From the NCBI GenBank assembly GCA_043228905.1, contig JBHGNT010000321.1:1-35091 (forward strand): a stretch of DNA of 35,091 bases, read 5' to 3'. Under the pieces are notes generated by a model that saw only the letters and a list, made by a program, of their open reading frames with translations, had not been told where the DNA came from and ran no database searches. The first letter of the stretch is position 1, and the number at the start of each line of letters is the position of its first letter. The translations under genes were made by a program, and so were the position numbers. Shown piece by piece: positions 1-14,100 of this stretch. Origin of the DNA: Azolla caroliniana. Its lineage: Eukaryota > Plantae > Polypodiophyta.

Positions 1-3000
1 AACAAGTAACAGAGGATTATCCTAACACACTCTCGTTGTTAAGATTTAAAAAGTTCACCGGTTTTTGTCGATGAAAAATTAACTCATGAGCTATGATGTA
101 TCTAGTTTTTCCTATTCCTGCACTTGTACCCACGTGTCTCGGGTAAAAATCAATGATTCCAGGTATCTCGATTACATAGGAATTCATTTAGTAAATGAGT
201 TAGTTAATGCACTATTCTAGTGCCATGGTCGAAATAAAAAAAATGGTGCAATGCTTGTCGACAGTTGAACATTATTCTGCAATCTATGCATATTGTTTGA
301 AATTGTATCAAGTTATCTAAACTATAATTGTTGGTGTACTAATTTATCGTAACAATGTTGAGGAATAACCACAACTAAATATACTTCTTCTTGTTGTCCT
401 GAACAACATATTATTTTGTCCAATTTCATTCGAAACCTCTACCATTAATCGAATAATGGAATTAAGTTTAGAAATTGATGTTAGGAGAAAAAAATCAAAG
501 TAAAGTTCCTTATCAATCCTTCAAACATAATATTGATTATTTTGTTAGTTGTACATTATTGTATCACCTACTTTAGGTCTGGAGTTATTCAGTTATCAAA
601 CAGATAACAAATGATATGCGTCGGAAAGGTAATATATGATATGGTCCTTTCTATTCCTAAGAGTTGAACCCGGGTCTCTTGGGTCAGAGTCAAGTATTCT
701 ATCCAACTAGACTATCGTGGATCACATCTTGTGTGCTTTTTAATCTTGCTATCACTGATTAGAAATAAATAATATTTATATATTTCACAAGCATCAACAA
801 AAAACTGAGGATTATTCTAACACACTCTCGTTTTTAAGATTTAATAATTTCAAGGGTTTTTATCAATGCCATATAAACTCATGATATAGGATATATCTAC
901 TTGTAGCCGAGCGTCTCAGGTAAAAAGCAAGGATTCGAGGCAACTTGATTACAATGGTGTTCATTTAGTAAATGACTTAGTTAATGTACCATTTCAGTCC
1001 TTTGTTAGAAATAAAGAAACATGGTGCAATACTCATCGACAATTGACGATTACTCTGCAATCTATGCGTATTGTTTGAAATTCTATCGAATTATTGAAAC
1101 TGTAGGTGTACTAATTTGTCGTAACAATGTTGTGGATAACCAGAACTAAATATACTGCATCTTGTTATCCCGAACAACATAATGTTAGGTCTTCAGTTTT
1201 TGAGTTCTCGAGCACATGACATGCGTCGCAAAATATGATATATGATATTGTCTTTTCTATTGGTGGGAGTTGAACCCGGGTCTCTCGACAGTTGACCATT
1301 ATTCTGCAATCTATACGTAAAAAAACAAGGATCCGAACCAACTAGACTACAATGGAATTTATTTACTAAATGAATTAGTCAATGTAATATTCTAGTGCTT
1401 TGCTTCAAAGAAAGAAATATGGTGCAATGTTGATCGAGAGTTCCCCATTATTCTACAATCTATGTGTATTTTTGGAAATTCTATCAAGTCATCCAAACTA
1501 TAATTTGTCAGTATACTAATTTGTCGAGAGTAACCACGACTAAATCTATTGCTTCTTCTTGTCCCGAACAACATAATGTTTTGTCAAATTTCATTTGAAA
1601 CGTCTACTATTAATTGAATAATGGGATTAACTTTAGAAATTGATGTTAGGAGAAAAATATCAAAGCAAAGTTCGTCATCAATCCTTCAAACATAATATTG
1701 ATTATTTTGATATTTGTACATTATTGTAACATCTACTTTAGGTCTTGAGTTATCAAACCGTTAACACATGGTATGAGTCAGAAATTTAATATATGATATA
1801 CTTGTTTCCATTGCCGGTAGTTGAACCCGGGTCTCTCGGGTAACAACCGAGTATCCTAACCAACTATACTACAATGGATCCTATCTTCTCTACTTCTTAA
1901 TATTGCAATCATAGAATAGTAATAAATAATATTTATATGTTGCGCAAGCATCAACGAGAAACTGAGGATTATTCTAACACACTCTCGTTTTTAAGATTTA
2001 ATAATTTCAAGTGTTTTTATCAATACGATATTAACTCATGATCTATGATGTACCTAGTTTTTCCCATGCCAATTGTTGTACCCGGGAGTCTCGTGTAAAA
2101 AAGAAGGATCCGAACCAACTAGACTATACTGGAATTCTTTTAGTAAATGAATTAGTTAATATAATAGTCTAGTGCATTACTTCAAATCAAGAAACATTGT
2201 GCAATGCTCATCGAGAATTCACCATGATTCGACAATCTATGCGTATTTTTGAAATTGTATCAAGTTATCCAAACTATAATGCTTGGTGTACTAATTTGTC
2301 GTAACAATGTTGAGGAATAACCACGACTAAATATACTGCTTCTCCTTGTCCCGAACGACATGATGTTTTGTCAAAGTTCATTAGAAACCTCTACTATTAA
2401 TTGAATGTTCGTATTAAGTTTAGGAATTGATGTCAGGAGAAAATAATCAAAACCAAAGTTCATTATCAATCCTTCAAACATAATTTTGATTATTTTGTTA
2501 ATTGTACATTATTCGAACGACTACTTTAGAGGTTGAGTTTTATAGTTCATTTAGTTTATTGTACATTATTGTAACTACTTTACGTCCTGAGTTTTTGAGC
2601 TATCAAACAGTTAACACATGACATGCGTCGCAAAATTTTATATATGATATTACCTTTCTATTGCCAGGAGTTGAACACGGGTATCTCGGGTGAGAGCCGA
2701 GTATTCTAACCAATTAGACTTCAATGGATCACATCTTGTCCAATTTTTAATATTGCAATCATTGATTGGTAATAAATAATATTTATATATTGCTTAAGCA
2801 TCAATGAAAAACTAAGGATTGTTGTAAGACACTGTCGTTTCTAAGATTTAATAATTTCACGGCTTTTTATAGATGCCACAGTAACCTATGATATATAATG
2901 TATCTAGTTTTTCCAATTGCGTTTCAAGTAAGAATCAACGATTCAAGGCAACTTGATTACAATGGAATTCATTTTGCAATGCTCATCGACAGTTGACCAT

Positions 3001-3358
3001 TATTCTGGAATCTATGCGTATTGTTTGAAATTGTATCGAGTTATCCAAACTATAATTCTTAGTGTACTAATTTGTCGTACCAATGTTGATGAATAACCAC
3101 AACCAAATATACTACTTCTTGTTGTCTTGAACAACATAATGTTTTGTCCAATTTCATTTGAAACCTGTACCATTAATCGAATAATCAGATTAAGTTTAGA
3201 AATTGATATTCGGAGAGAAATATCAAAGTAAAGTTCATCATCAATCCTTTAAACATAATATTGATTATATTTTTAATGGTACAATATTGTAACATTTACT
3301 TTAGGTCTTGACTTTTTGAGTTATCATGCGTCGGAAATTTAATATATGACACTGTCAT

Positions 3359-3431
3359 TTCCATTGCCGGGAGTTGAACCCGGGTCTCTCAGGTGAGAGC
3401 CGAGTATCCTAACCAACTAGACAACAATGGA
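3359..3431 (-). tRNA. trnE-CUC: tRNA-Glu(CTC), near-intact copy
   Basis: Acceptor stem (TCCATTG/CAATGGA) and T arm are perfect. It differs from the array consensus by a G-U wobble in the anticodon stem and A9->T. Confidence 0.8.
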
Positions 3432-4879
3432 TAACATTTTGTGTGCTTTTTAATTTCGCAATCATTGATTAGAAATAAATAATATTTATATTTTGCGCAA
3501 GCATCAACGAAAAACTGAGGATTATTCTACCACACTCTAGTTTTTCAGATTTTATTATTTCAAGGATGCCACATTAACTCATGATAACTGATGGGAGTCT
3601 AGTGTAACAAACAAGGATCCAAACCAACTAGACTACAATGCAATTCATTTAGTAAATGAATTAGTTAATGTAATATTCTAGTCCTTGACTTCAAATAAAG
3701 AAACATGGTGCAATGCTCATCGAGAATTCATCTCTATTCGACAATCTATGCGTATTTTTGGAAATTGGATCAAGCTATCCAAACTATAATTGTTGGTGTA
3801 CTAATTTGTCATAACAATGTTGAGGAATAACCACCACTAAATATACTGCTTCTTCTTGTCGCGTACAACATAATATTTTGTCAAATTTCATTTCAAAGCT
3901 CTACTATTACGTGAATAATGGGATTAAGTTTAGAAATTGATGTGAGGAGAAAAAAATCAAAGCAAAGTTCTTTATCAATCCTTCAAACATAATATTGATT
4001 ATTTTGTTAATTGTAAATTATTGTAACTACTTTACGTCTTGAGTTTTGGAGTTATCAAACAGTTAAGACATGACATGCATTGCAAAACTTTATATATGAT
4101 ATTGTCCTTTCTATATCAGAGAGTTGAACTCGGGTCTCTTAGGTGAAAGCCGAGTATTCTAACCAACTAGACTACAATGGATCACATAGTCTACACTTTT
4201 AAATATTGCAATCACCGATTACTAATAAATAATATTTATATATTGCTTAAGCGTAAATGAAAAACTGAGGATTGTTCTAACACACTGTCATTTTTAAGAT
4301 CTAATAACTTCATGGCTTTTTATCGATGCCACATTAACTCATGATATATAATGTATCTAGTTTTTCCTATCGAGTTTCGAGTACGAATCAACGATTCGAG
4401 GCAACTTGATTACAATGGAATTCATTTAGTAAATAAATTAGTTAATTTTCTATTCTAGTGCTTTGCTACAAATAAAGAAACATGGTGCAATGCTTGTCGA
4501 CAGTTGAGCATTATTCTGCAATCTATGCCTATTGTTTGAAATTGTATTAAGGTATCCAAACTATAATTGTTGGTGTACTTATTTATCGTAACAATGTTAA
4601 AGAATAACCACAACTAAACATACTACTTCTTGTTGTCTCGAACAATATAATGTTTGGTCCAATTTCATTCAAAACCTGTAGCATTAATCAAATAATGGGA
4701 TTAAGTTCAGAAATTAATGTTATTAGAAAACAATTAAAGTAAAGTTCGTCATCGATCCGTCAAACATAATATTGATTATTTTGTGAATTGTACATTAATG
4801 TAAAACCTACTTTAGGTCTTGAGTTATCAAATAGTTAACACATGATATGCGTTGGAAATTTAATGTATGATATTGTTGT

Positions 4880-4952
4880 TTCCATTGCCGGTAGTTCAAC
4901 ACGGGTCTCTCGGGTGAAAGCCGAGTATCCTAACCAACTAAACTACAATGGA
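4880..4952 (-). pseudogene. tRNA-Glu(TTC) variant pseudogene (same anticodon also at ~4110, 6495, 22779)
   Basis: Plus-strand gtgaaag gives the loop CTTTCAC. The T arm and B box are damaged (ccggtagttcaacacgg). Confidence 0.75.
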
Positions 4953-7900
4953 TCCTATCTTGTGTATAGATATATTGCAATCATAGATTAGTAACAAGTA
5001 ATTTTATATATTGCACAAGCAGCAATGAGAAACTGAGGGTTATTCTAACCCACTCTCGTTTTTAAGATTTAATAATTTGAATGGTTCTTATCGATACGAC
5101 ATTACCTCATGATCTATGATGTATCTAGTTTTTCCAATGCCTATTGTTGTACCCGGGAGTCTCGTGTAAAAAACAAGGATTTGAACCAACTAGTCTAGAA
5201 TAGAATTCATTTATTAAATGAATTAGTAAATGTAATATTCTACTGCTTTGCTTCAAATAAAGAACTATGGTGCAATGTTGATCAAGGGTTCACCATTATT
5301 CTACAATCTATGTGTATGTTTGGGAATTCTATGAAGTTATCCAAACTATAATTGTCGGTATACCAATTTGTCGTAACCATATTGAGAAATAACCACCACT
5401 AAATATACTGCTTCTTCTTATCCCGAACAACCTAATGTTTTGTCAAATTTCATTTGAAACCTCTACAATTAATTGAATAATGGGATTATGTTTAGAAATT
5501 GATGTTAGGTGAAAAACCTGAATGTAAAGTTCTTTCTCAATCCTCCAAACATAATATTAATTATTTTGTTAATTACACATTATTGTAACAACTACTTTAG
5601 GGCTTGAGTTTTTGCGTTATCAAACAGTTAACACATGTTATGTGTCTTTTCCATTACCGGGAGTGGAACCCGGGTCTCTCAGGTGAGAGCTGAGTATTCT
5701 AACCAAGTAGACTCCAATGGATCACATCTTGTGTCCTTTTTAATATTGCAATCATTGACTAGAAATAAATAGTATTTATATATTGTGCAAGCATTAACGA
5801 AAAACTGAGAATTATTCTAACACACTCTCAATTTTAAGATTTAATAATTTCAAGGGTTTTTCTCTATGCCACATTAACTACTGATATATGATATATCTAC
5901 TTGTACCCGAGCATGTGAGGTAAAACAGCAAGGATCCGAGCAATTTGATTCCAATGGAATTCATTTAGTAAATGAATTAGTTAATGTTCCATTCTAGTCC
6001 TTTGTTACAACGAAAGAAACATTGTGCAATGATCATCGACAGTTGACTATTATTTTTCAATCTATGCGTATTGTTAGAAATTGTATCAAGTTATCGAAAC
6101 TATAATTTTTGGTGTACTAATTTGTCGTAACAATGTTGAGGAATAACCACAACTAAATATACTGCTTCTTCTTGTCCCGAACAACATAATGTTTTGTCAA
6201 ATTTCATTTGAAACCTCTAGTATTAATTGAATAATGGGATTAAGTTTAGACATTCATGTTAGGAGAAAAAAACCGGAGTAAAAGTCTTTATCAATCCTCC
6301 AAACATAATATTGAATATTTTGTTAACTGTACATTATTGTAACACCTACTTTAGGTCTTGAGTTTTGTACATTATTGTAACACCTACTTTAGGTCTTGAG
6401 TTTTTTTTGATACCTCTTTAGGTCTTGAGTTTTTGGGTTATCAAACAGTTAACACATCATATGCATCGGAAATTTAATATATGATATTGTTGTTTCTATT
6501 GCCGGTAGTTCAACACGGGTCTCTCGGGTGAAAGCCGAGTATCCTAACCAACTAGACTACAATGGCTCCTATCTTGTGTATAGATATATTGCAATCATAG
6601 ATTATTAATAAGTAATATGCATCGGAAATTTAATATGCATCGGAAAGGGTTTCCATTGGATCGGAAATTTAATTTCATATGCATCGAAAATTTAATATAT
6701 GATATTGTCGTTTCCATTGCTAGGAGTTGAACCTAGGTCTCTAAGGTAAGAGCCAAGTATCCTAACCAACTAGACTACAATGGATCATATCTAGTGTAGT
6801 TTTGAATATTGCTATGATTCATTAGTAATAAATAATATTGTTATGGTTGAACCCGGGTCTCTCGGGTGAGAGCCGAGTATCCTAACCAACTAGACTACAA
6901 TGGATCACATCTTGTGTAGTTTTTAATATTGGAATCATTGATTAGTAATAAATAATATTTATATATTGCGCAAGCAACAAAGAGAAACTTAGGATTATTC
7001 AAACACACTCTTGTTTTTAAGATTTAATAATTTCAAGGGTTTTTATCGATGCGACATTACCTCATGATCTAAGATGTGTCTAGTTTTTCCAATGACAACT
7101 AGACTACAATGGAATTCATTAAGTAAATGAATTAGTTAATGTAATATTCTAGTGCTTTACTTCAAATAAAAAAATATGGTGCAATGTTGATCGAGAGTTC
7201 ATCATTATTCTACAATCTATGTGTATTTTTGGAAATTCTATCCAATTATCCAAACTATAATTGTCGGTGTACTAATTTGTCATAACCATGTTGCGAAAAA
7301 ACCACGACTTAATATACTTCTTCTTCTTGTCATTAACAAGATAATGTTTTGTCAAATTCCATTTGAAACCTCTACTATTAATTGAATAATGGCATGAAGT
7401 TTAGAAATTGATGTTAGGAGAAAAAAATGAAAGTAAATTGCAATGATTGAATAGTAATAAATAATATTTATATAATATGCAAGCATCAACTAGAAACTGA
7501 GGATTATTCTAACACACTCTCGTTTTTAAGATTTAATAATTTCAAGGGTTTATATCGATGTCATATTAACTCATAATCTATGATATATCTAGTTTTTCCC
7601 ATGCCAATTGTTCTACCCGGGAGTCTGAAGTAAAAAACAAGGATCCGAACCAACTAGACTCCAATAGAATTCATTTAGTAAATGAATTAGTTAATGTAAT
7701 ATTCAAGTTCTTTACTTCAAATAAAGAAACATGGTGCAATGCTCATCGAGAATACACCATTATTCGACAATGTATGCGTATATTTTGGAAATTGTATCAA
7801 GTTATCCAAACTATAATTCTTGGTGTACTAATTTTTCTTAACAATGTTGAGGAATAACCACAACTAAATATACAACTTCTTTTTGTCCCGAACAACATAA

Positions 7901-8912
7901 TGTTTTGTAAAATTTCATTAAAAACCTCTACTATTAATTGAATATTGGGATGAAGTTTAGAAATTAATTGGAGGAGAAAGAAATCAAACCAAAGTTCTTT
8001 ATCAATCTTCAAACATAATATTGCTTATTTTGTTAATTGTAAATTATTGTAACTACTTTACGTCTTGAGCTTTTGAGTTATCAAACACATGACATGCGTC
8101 GCAAACTTTTATATATGATATTGTCCTTTCTATTCCCACGGGTCTCTTGTGTGAGAACTGAGTATTCTAAGCAACTAGACTTTAATGGATCAAATCTTGT
8201 ACACTTTTTAATATTACAATCATTCATTAGTAGTAAATAATATTTATATATTGCACCAGCATCAACAAGAAACAAAGGATTATTCTAACACACTCTCATT
8301 TTAAAGCTTTATTAATTTCACGAGTTTTTATTTATGCCACATTAACTCATGATACATAATGTATTTAGTTTTTCGTATGCCTGTACTTGTCGCCGCACGT
8401 TTCGAGTAGAGATTAACGATTCCACGTAACTTGATTACTATGGAATGCATTTAGTAAATGAATTAGTTAATGTACCATTATACTCCTTTGTTACAAATAA
8501 AGAAACATGGTGCAATGCTCATCAACAGTTGACCATTATTCTGGAATCTATGCGTATTGTTTGAAATTGTATCGAGTTATCCAAACTATAATTGTTGGTG
8601 TACTAATTTGTCGTACCAATGTTGACGAATAACCACAACCAAATATACTGCTTCTTGTTATCCCGAACAACATAATATTTTGTCCAATTTCATTTGAAAC
8701 CTCTACCATTAATCGAATAATTGGATTAAGTTTAGAAATTGATGTTAGAAGAGAAAAGTAAAAGTAATGTTCGTCATCAATCCTTCAAACGTAATATTGA
8801 TTATTTTGTTAATTGGACATTATTATAACAACTACTTTAGGCCTTGAGTTTTTGAGTTATCAAACAGTTAACACATGATATCCGTGGGAAATTTAATATA
8901 TGATATTGTCGT

Positions 8913-8985
8913 TTCCATTCCCGGGAGTTGAACCCGGGTCTCTCGGGTGAGAGCCGAGTATCCTAACCAACTAGACTACAATGGA
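8913..8985 (-). tRNA. trnE-CUC: tRNA-Glu(CTC), best-preserved full-length copy (one G7:G66 acceptor-stem mismatch)
   Basis: Reverse complement reads TCCATTG TA GTCTAGTTGGTTAGGAT A CTCGG CTCTCAC CCGAG AGAC CCGGG TTCAACT CCCGG GAATGGA A. It has a cloverleaf fold, CTC anticodon, A box (TAGTCTAGTTGG) and B box (GGTTCAACTCC), and closely resembles land-plant nuclear tRNA-Glu(CTC). Confidence 0.85.
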
Positions 8986-9010
8986 TCATATCTTGTGTAC
9001 TTTTTAATAT
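8986..9010 (-). promoter_or_regulatory. Plant tRNA-gene-like 5' flank (CAA at -10..-8, TATTAAAA at about -24..-17)
   Basis: Plus strand has ttg at 8993-8995 and tttttaatat at 9001-9010, both conserved in most units. Plant tRNA genes typically have upstream CAA and TATA-like elements, but such motifs are weak evidence in AT-rich DNA. Confidence 0.35.
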
Positions 9011-11030
9011 TGCAATCATAGATTAGTAATCAATAATATTTATATATAGCGCAAGCATTAACGAGAAACTGAGGATTATTCTAACACAATCTCGTTTTTA
9101 AGATTAAATAATTTCAAGGGTTTTTATCGATGTGACATTACCTTATGATCTATGATGTATCTAGTTTTTCCAATGCCTATTGTTGTACCCGGGAGTCTCG
9201 TGTAAAAGACAAAGATCCGAACCAAATAGACTACAATGAAAATACTTTACTAAATGAATTACTTAATGTAATATTATAGTGTGCTTTGTTTCAAATAAAG
9301 AAATAGGTTGCAATGTTGATCGAGAGTTCACCATTATTCTACAATCTATGGGTATTTTTGCACTATTTCGAGGAAAGTTCGTCATCAATCCTTCAAACAT
9401 AATCTTGAGTTTTTGAGTTATCAAACAATTAAAACATGATATGCGTTGAAAATTTAATATATGATATTGTCGTTTCCATTGTCGGGTGTTGAACCCGGGT
9501 CTCTCGGGTGAGAGCCTAGTATCCTAACGAACTAGACTACAATGGATTATATCTTGTGTACTTTTCAATAATATTTAAATATTGCGCAAGCACTAACGAG
9601 AAACAGGGGATTATTCTAACACACTCTCGTTTTTAAGATTTAATAATTTCACGGGTTTCCATCGATGCGATATTAACTCATGATCTATGATGATCTAGTT
9701 TTTCCCATGCTAATTGCTGTACCCGGGAGTCTCGTGTAAAAATCATGGATCTGAACGAACTAGACTACAATGGAATTCATTTAGTAAATGAATTAGTTAA
9801 TGTAATATTCTAGTGCTTTACTTCAAATAAAGAAACATGGTGCAATGCTCATCGTGAATTCACCATTATTCGACAATCTATGCATATTTTTGGAAATTGT
9901 ATCATGTTATCCAAACAATAACTCTTGGTGTACTAATTTGTCGTAACAATGTTGAAGAATAACCACGACTAAATATACTACTTATTCTTGTCCCGAACAA
10001 CATAATGTTTTGTCAAATTAGATTTGAAACTGCTACTATTAATCGAATAATGGGATTATGTTTAGAAATTGATGTTAGGAGAAAAAAATCGAAGTAAAGT
10101 TCGTCATCAATCGTTCAAACATAATATTGATTATTTTGTTAATTGTACATTATTCTAACAACTACTTTATTTCTTGAGTTTTTGAGTTATTAAATACATG
10201 ACATGCGTCGCAAACTTTTATATATGATATTGTCCTTTCTATTCCCAAGAGTTGAACACGGGTCTCTTGGGTGAGAGCCGAGTATTCTGACCAACTACAC
10301 ATTAATGGATACATCTTGTACACTTTTTAATATTACATTCATTCATTAGTAGTAAATAATATTTATATATTGCACAAGCATCAACAAGAAACAGAGGATT
10401 ATTCTAACACACTCTCGTTTTTAAGATTTATTAATTTCACGGGTTTTTATCGATGCCACATTAACTCATGATATATAATGTATTTAGTTTTTCGTATGGC
10501 TATACTTGTCCCCGCATGTTTCGAGTAGAAATTAACGATTCGGGGCAATTTGATTACAATGCAATCATTTAGAAAATAAATTAGTCAATGTACTATTCTA
10601 GTGCTTTGCTGCAAATAAAGAAACATGGTGCAATGCTTATCGACAGTTGAACATTATTTTGTATTCTATGCGTATTGCTTGAAATTGTATCGAGTTATGC
10701 CAACTGTAATTTTTGGTATACTAATTTGTCATAGCAATGTTGACGAATAACCACAACCAAATATACTTCTTCTTGTTGTCTCGAACAACATAATGTTTTG
10801 TCCAATTTCATTGGAAAGTTGTACCATTAATCGAATAATGGGATTAAGTTTAGAAATTGATGTTAGGAGAAAAAAATTAAAGTAAAGTTCGTGATCAATT
10901 CTTCAAACATAATATTGATTATTTTCTTAATTGTACATTATTATAGCAGCTAGTTTAGGTCTTGAGTTTTTGAGTTATCAAACAGTTAACACATGATATC
11001 CGTCGGAAAATCAATACATGATATTATCGT

Positions 11031-11103
11031 TTCCATTGCCGGGAGTTGAACCCGGGTCTTTCGGGTGAGAGCCGAGTATCCCAACCAACTACACTACAAT
11101 AGA
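11031..11103 (-). pseudogene. tRNA-Glu(CTC) copy with acceptor and D-arm substitutions
   Basis: Full length with intact T arm and CTC anticodon, and about 4 substitutions versus the consensus. Confidence 0.75.
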
Positions 11104-14100
11104 TCATATCTTGTGTTCTTTTTAATATTGCAATCATAGATTAGTAATATATAATATTTATATATTGCGCAAGCATCAACGAGAAACAAAGGATTATTCT
11201 AACACACTCTCGTTTTTAAGATTTAATAATTTCAACGGTTTTTATCGATGCGACAATACCTCAACATCTATAATGTATCTAGTTTTTCCAATGCCTATTG
11301 TTGTACCCGAGAGTCTTGTGTAAAAAACAAGGATCTGAACGAACTAGACTACAATGGAATTCATTTAGTAAATGAATTGGTTACTGGATTTCATTTGAAA
11401 CCTCTACCATTAATCCAATAATGGAATTAAGTTTAGAAATTGATGTTAGGAGAAAGAAATCAAAGTAAATTTCGTCATCAATCCGTGTAGCATAATATTG
11501 ATTATTTAGTTAATTGTACATTATTGTAACACCTACTTTAGGATTTGAGTTTTCGAGTTATCAAACAGTTAACACATCATATGTGTCGGAAATTAAATAT
11601 ATGATAATATCGTTTCCAATGCCAAGAATTGAACCCGGATCTCTCGGGTGAGAGCCAAGTATCCTAACCACCTAGACTACAATGGATCACATCTTGTGCA
11701 ATCATTGCTTAGTAATAAATAATATTTATATATTACGCAAGCAACAACGAAAACCTGAGGATTATTCTAACACACTCGTTTTTAAGATTTAATAATTTCA
11801 AGGGTTTTTCTCGATGCCACATTAACTCATGATCTATGATATATCTAGTTTTGAGTTATCAAACAATTAACACATGACAAACGTTGCAAAATTTGATATA
11901 TGATATTGTCCTTTATATTCCCGGGAGTTGAACCAGGGTTGCTCGTGTGAGAGCCGAGTATCCTAACCAACTAGACTATAATGGATCACATCTTTTGCAC
12001 TTTTTAATATTGCAATCATTGAGTAGTAATAAAAAATACTGATATATTTCACAAGCATCAACGAGAAACACAGGATTATTCTAACACACTCTCGTTGTTA
12101 AGGTTTAATAATTTCAAGGGTTTTTATCAGTGGCACAATACCTCATGATCTATGATGTATCTAGTTTTCCAAATGCCTATTGTTGTACCCGGGAGTCTTG
12201 TGTAAAAAACAAGGATCTGAACGAACTAGACTACAATGGAATTCATTTAGTAAATGAATTGGTTAGTGTAATATTCAAGTTCTTACGTTCAAATAAACAA
12301 ACATGCTGCAATGCTAATCAAGAATTCACCATTATTTGACAATCAATGCGTATTTTTGGAATCTTGATCGAGGAAAGTTCATCATCAATCCTTCAAACAT
12401 AATCTTGAGTTTCTGAGTTATCAAACAATTAAAACATGATATGCGTCGGAAATTTTATATATGATATTGTCGTTTCCATTGTCGGGAGTTGAACCCTGGT
12501 CTCTAGGGTGAGAGCCTACTATCCTAACCAACTAGACTACAGTGGATCATATCTTGTGTACTTTTCAATATTGTAATCGTTGATTAGTAATAAATAATAT
12601 TTATATATTGCGCAAGCATCAACGAGAAACAGAGGATTCTTCCAACATACTCTCGTTTTTAAGATTTAATAATTTCATGGGTTTCCATCGATGCGATATT
12701 AACTCATGATCTATAATGGATCTAGTTTTTTCCATCCCAATTGCTGTACCCGGGAGTCTCGTGTAAAAATCATGGATCTGAACCAACTAGACTACAATGG
12801 AATTCATTTAGTAAATGAATTAGTTAATGTAATATTCTAGTGCTTTACTTCAAATAAAGAAACATGGTGCAATGCTCATCTCGAATTCACCATTATTCGA
12901 TAATCTATGCGTATTTTTTGAAATTGTACCATGTTATCCAAACTATAATTGTCAGTGTACTAATTTGTCGTAACAATGTTGAGGAATAACCACGACTAAA
13001 TATACTACTTATCCTTGTCCCGAACAACATAATGTTTTGTCAAATTATATTTGAAACCGCTACTATTAATCGAATAATGGGATTATGTTTAGAAATTGAT
13101 GTTAGGAGAAAAAAATCAAAGTAAAGTTTGTCATCAATCGTTCAAACGTAATATTGATTCTTTTGTTAATTGTACATTATTCTAACAACTACTTTATGTC
13201 TTGAGTATTTCAGTTATTAAACACATGACATGCGTCGCAAACTTTTATATATGATATTGTCCTTTTTATTCCCAGGAGTTGAACACGGGTCTCTTGGGTG
13301 AGAGCCGAGTATTCTGACCAACTAGACATTAATGGATACATCTTGTACACTTTTTAATATTGCAATCATTCATTAGTAGTAAATAATATTTATATATTGC
13401 ACAAGCATCAACAAGAAACAGAGGATTATTCTGTTAATTGTACATTATTCTAACAACTACTGTAGAGCTTGAGTTTTTGAGTTATCAAATAATTAACACA
13501 TGATATGGCTCGGAAATTTAATATATGATATTGTTGTTTCCATTGTCGGGAGTTGAACCCGGGTCTCTTGGGTGAGAGCTGAGTATTCTAACCAACTAGA
13601 GTACAATGGATCTCATTTTCTGTGCTTTGTAATATTATAATCGTTGATTAGAAATAAATACTATTTATATTTTGTGTAAGCATCAATGAAAAAGTGAGGA
13701 TTATTCTAACACACTCTCGTTTTGAAGATTTAATAATTTCAAGGGTTTTGATCGATACCACATTAACTCATGATATATGATATATCTACTTCTACCCGGG
13801 CGTCCCAGGTAAAACGCAAAGATCCGAGGCAATTAAATTACAATGGCATTTAGTTAATGTACCATTCTAGTCCTTTGTTACAAATAAAGAAACATGGTGC
13901 AATAGTCATCGATAGTTGACACTTATTCTCTAATCTATGCGTATTGTTTAAATTGTATCAAGTTATCCAAACTATAATGTTTGGTGTACTAATTTATCGT
14001 AACAATGTTGAGGAATAACCACAACTAAATATACTGCTTCTTGTTGTCCCGAACAACATAATGTTTTGTCCAATTTCATTTGAATCCTCTACCATTAATC

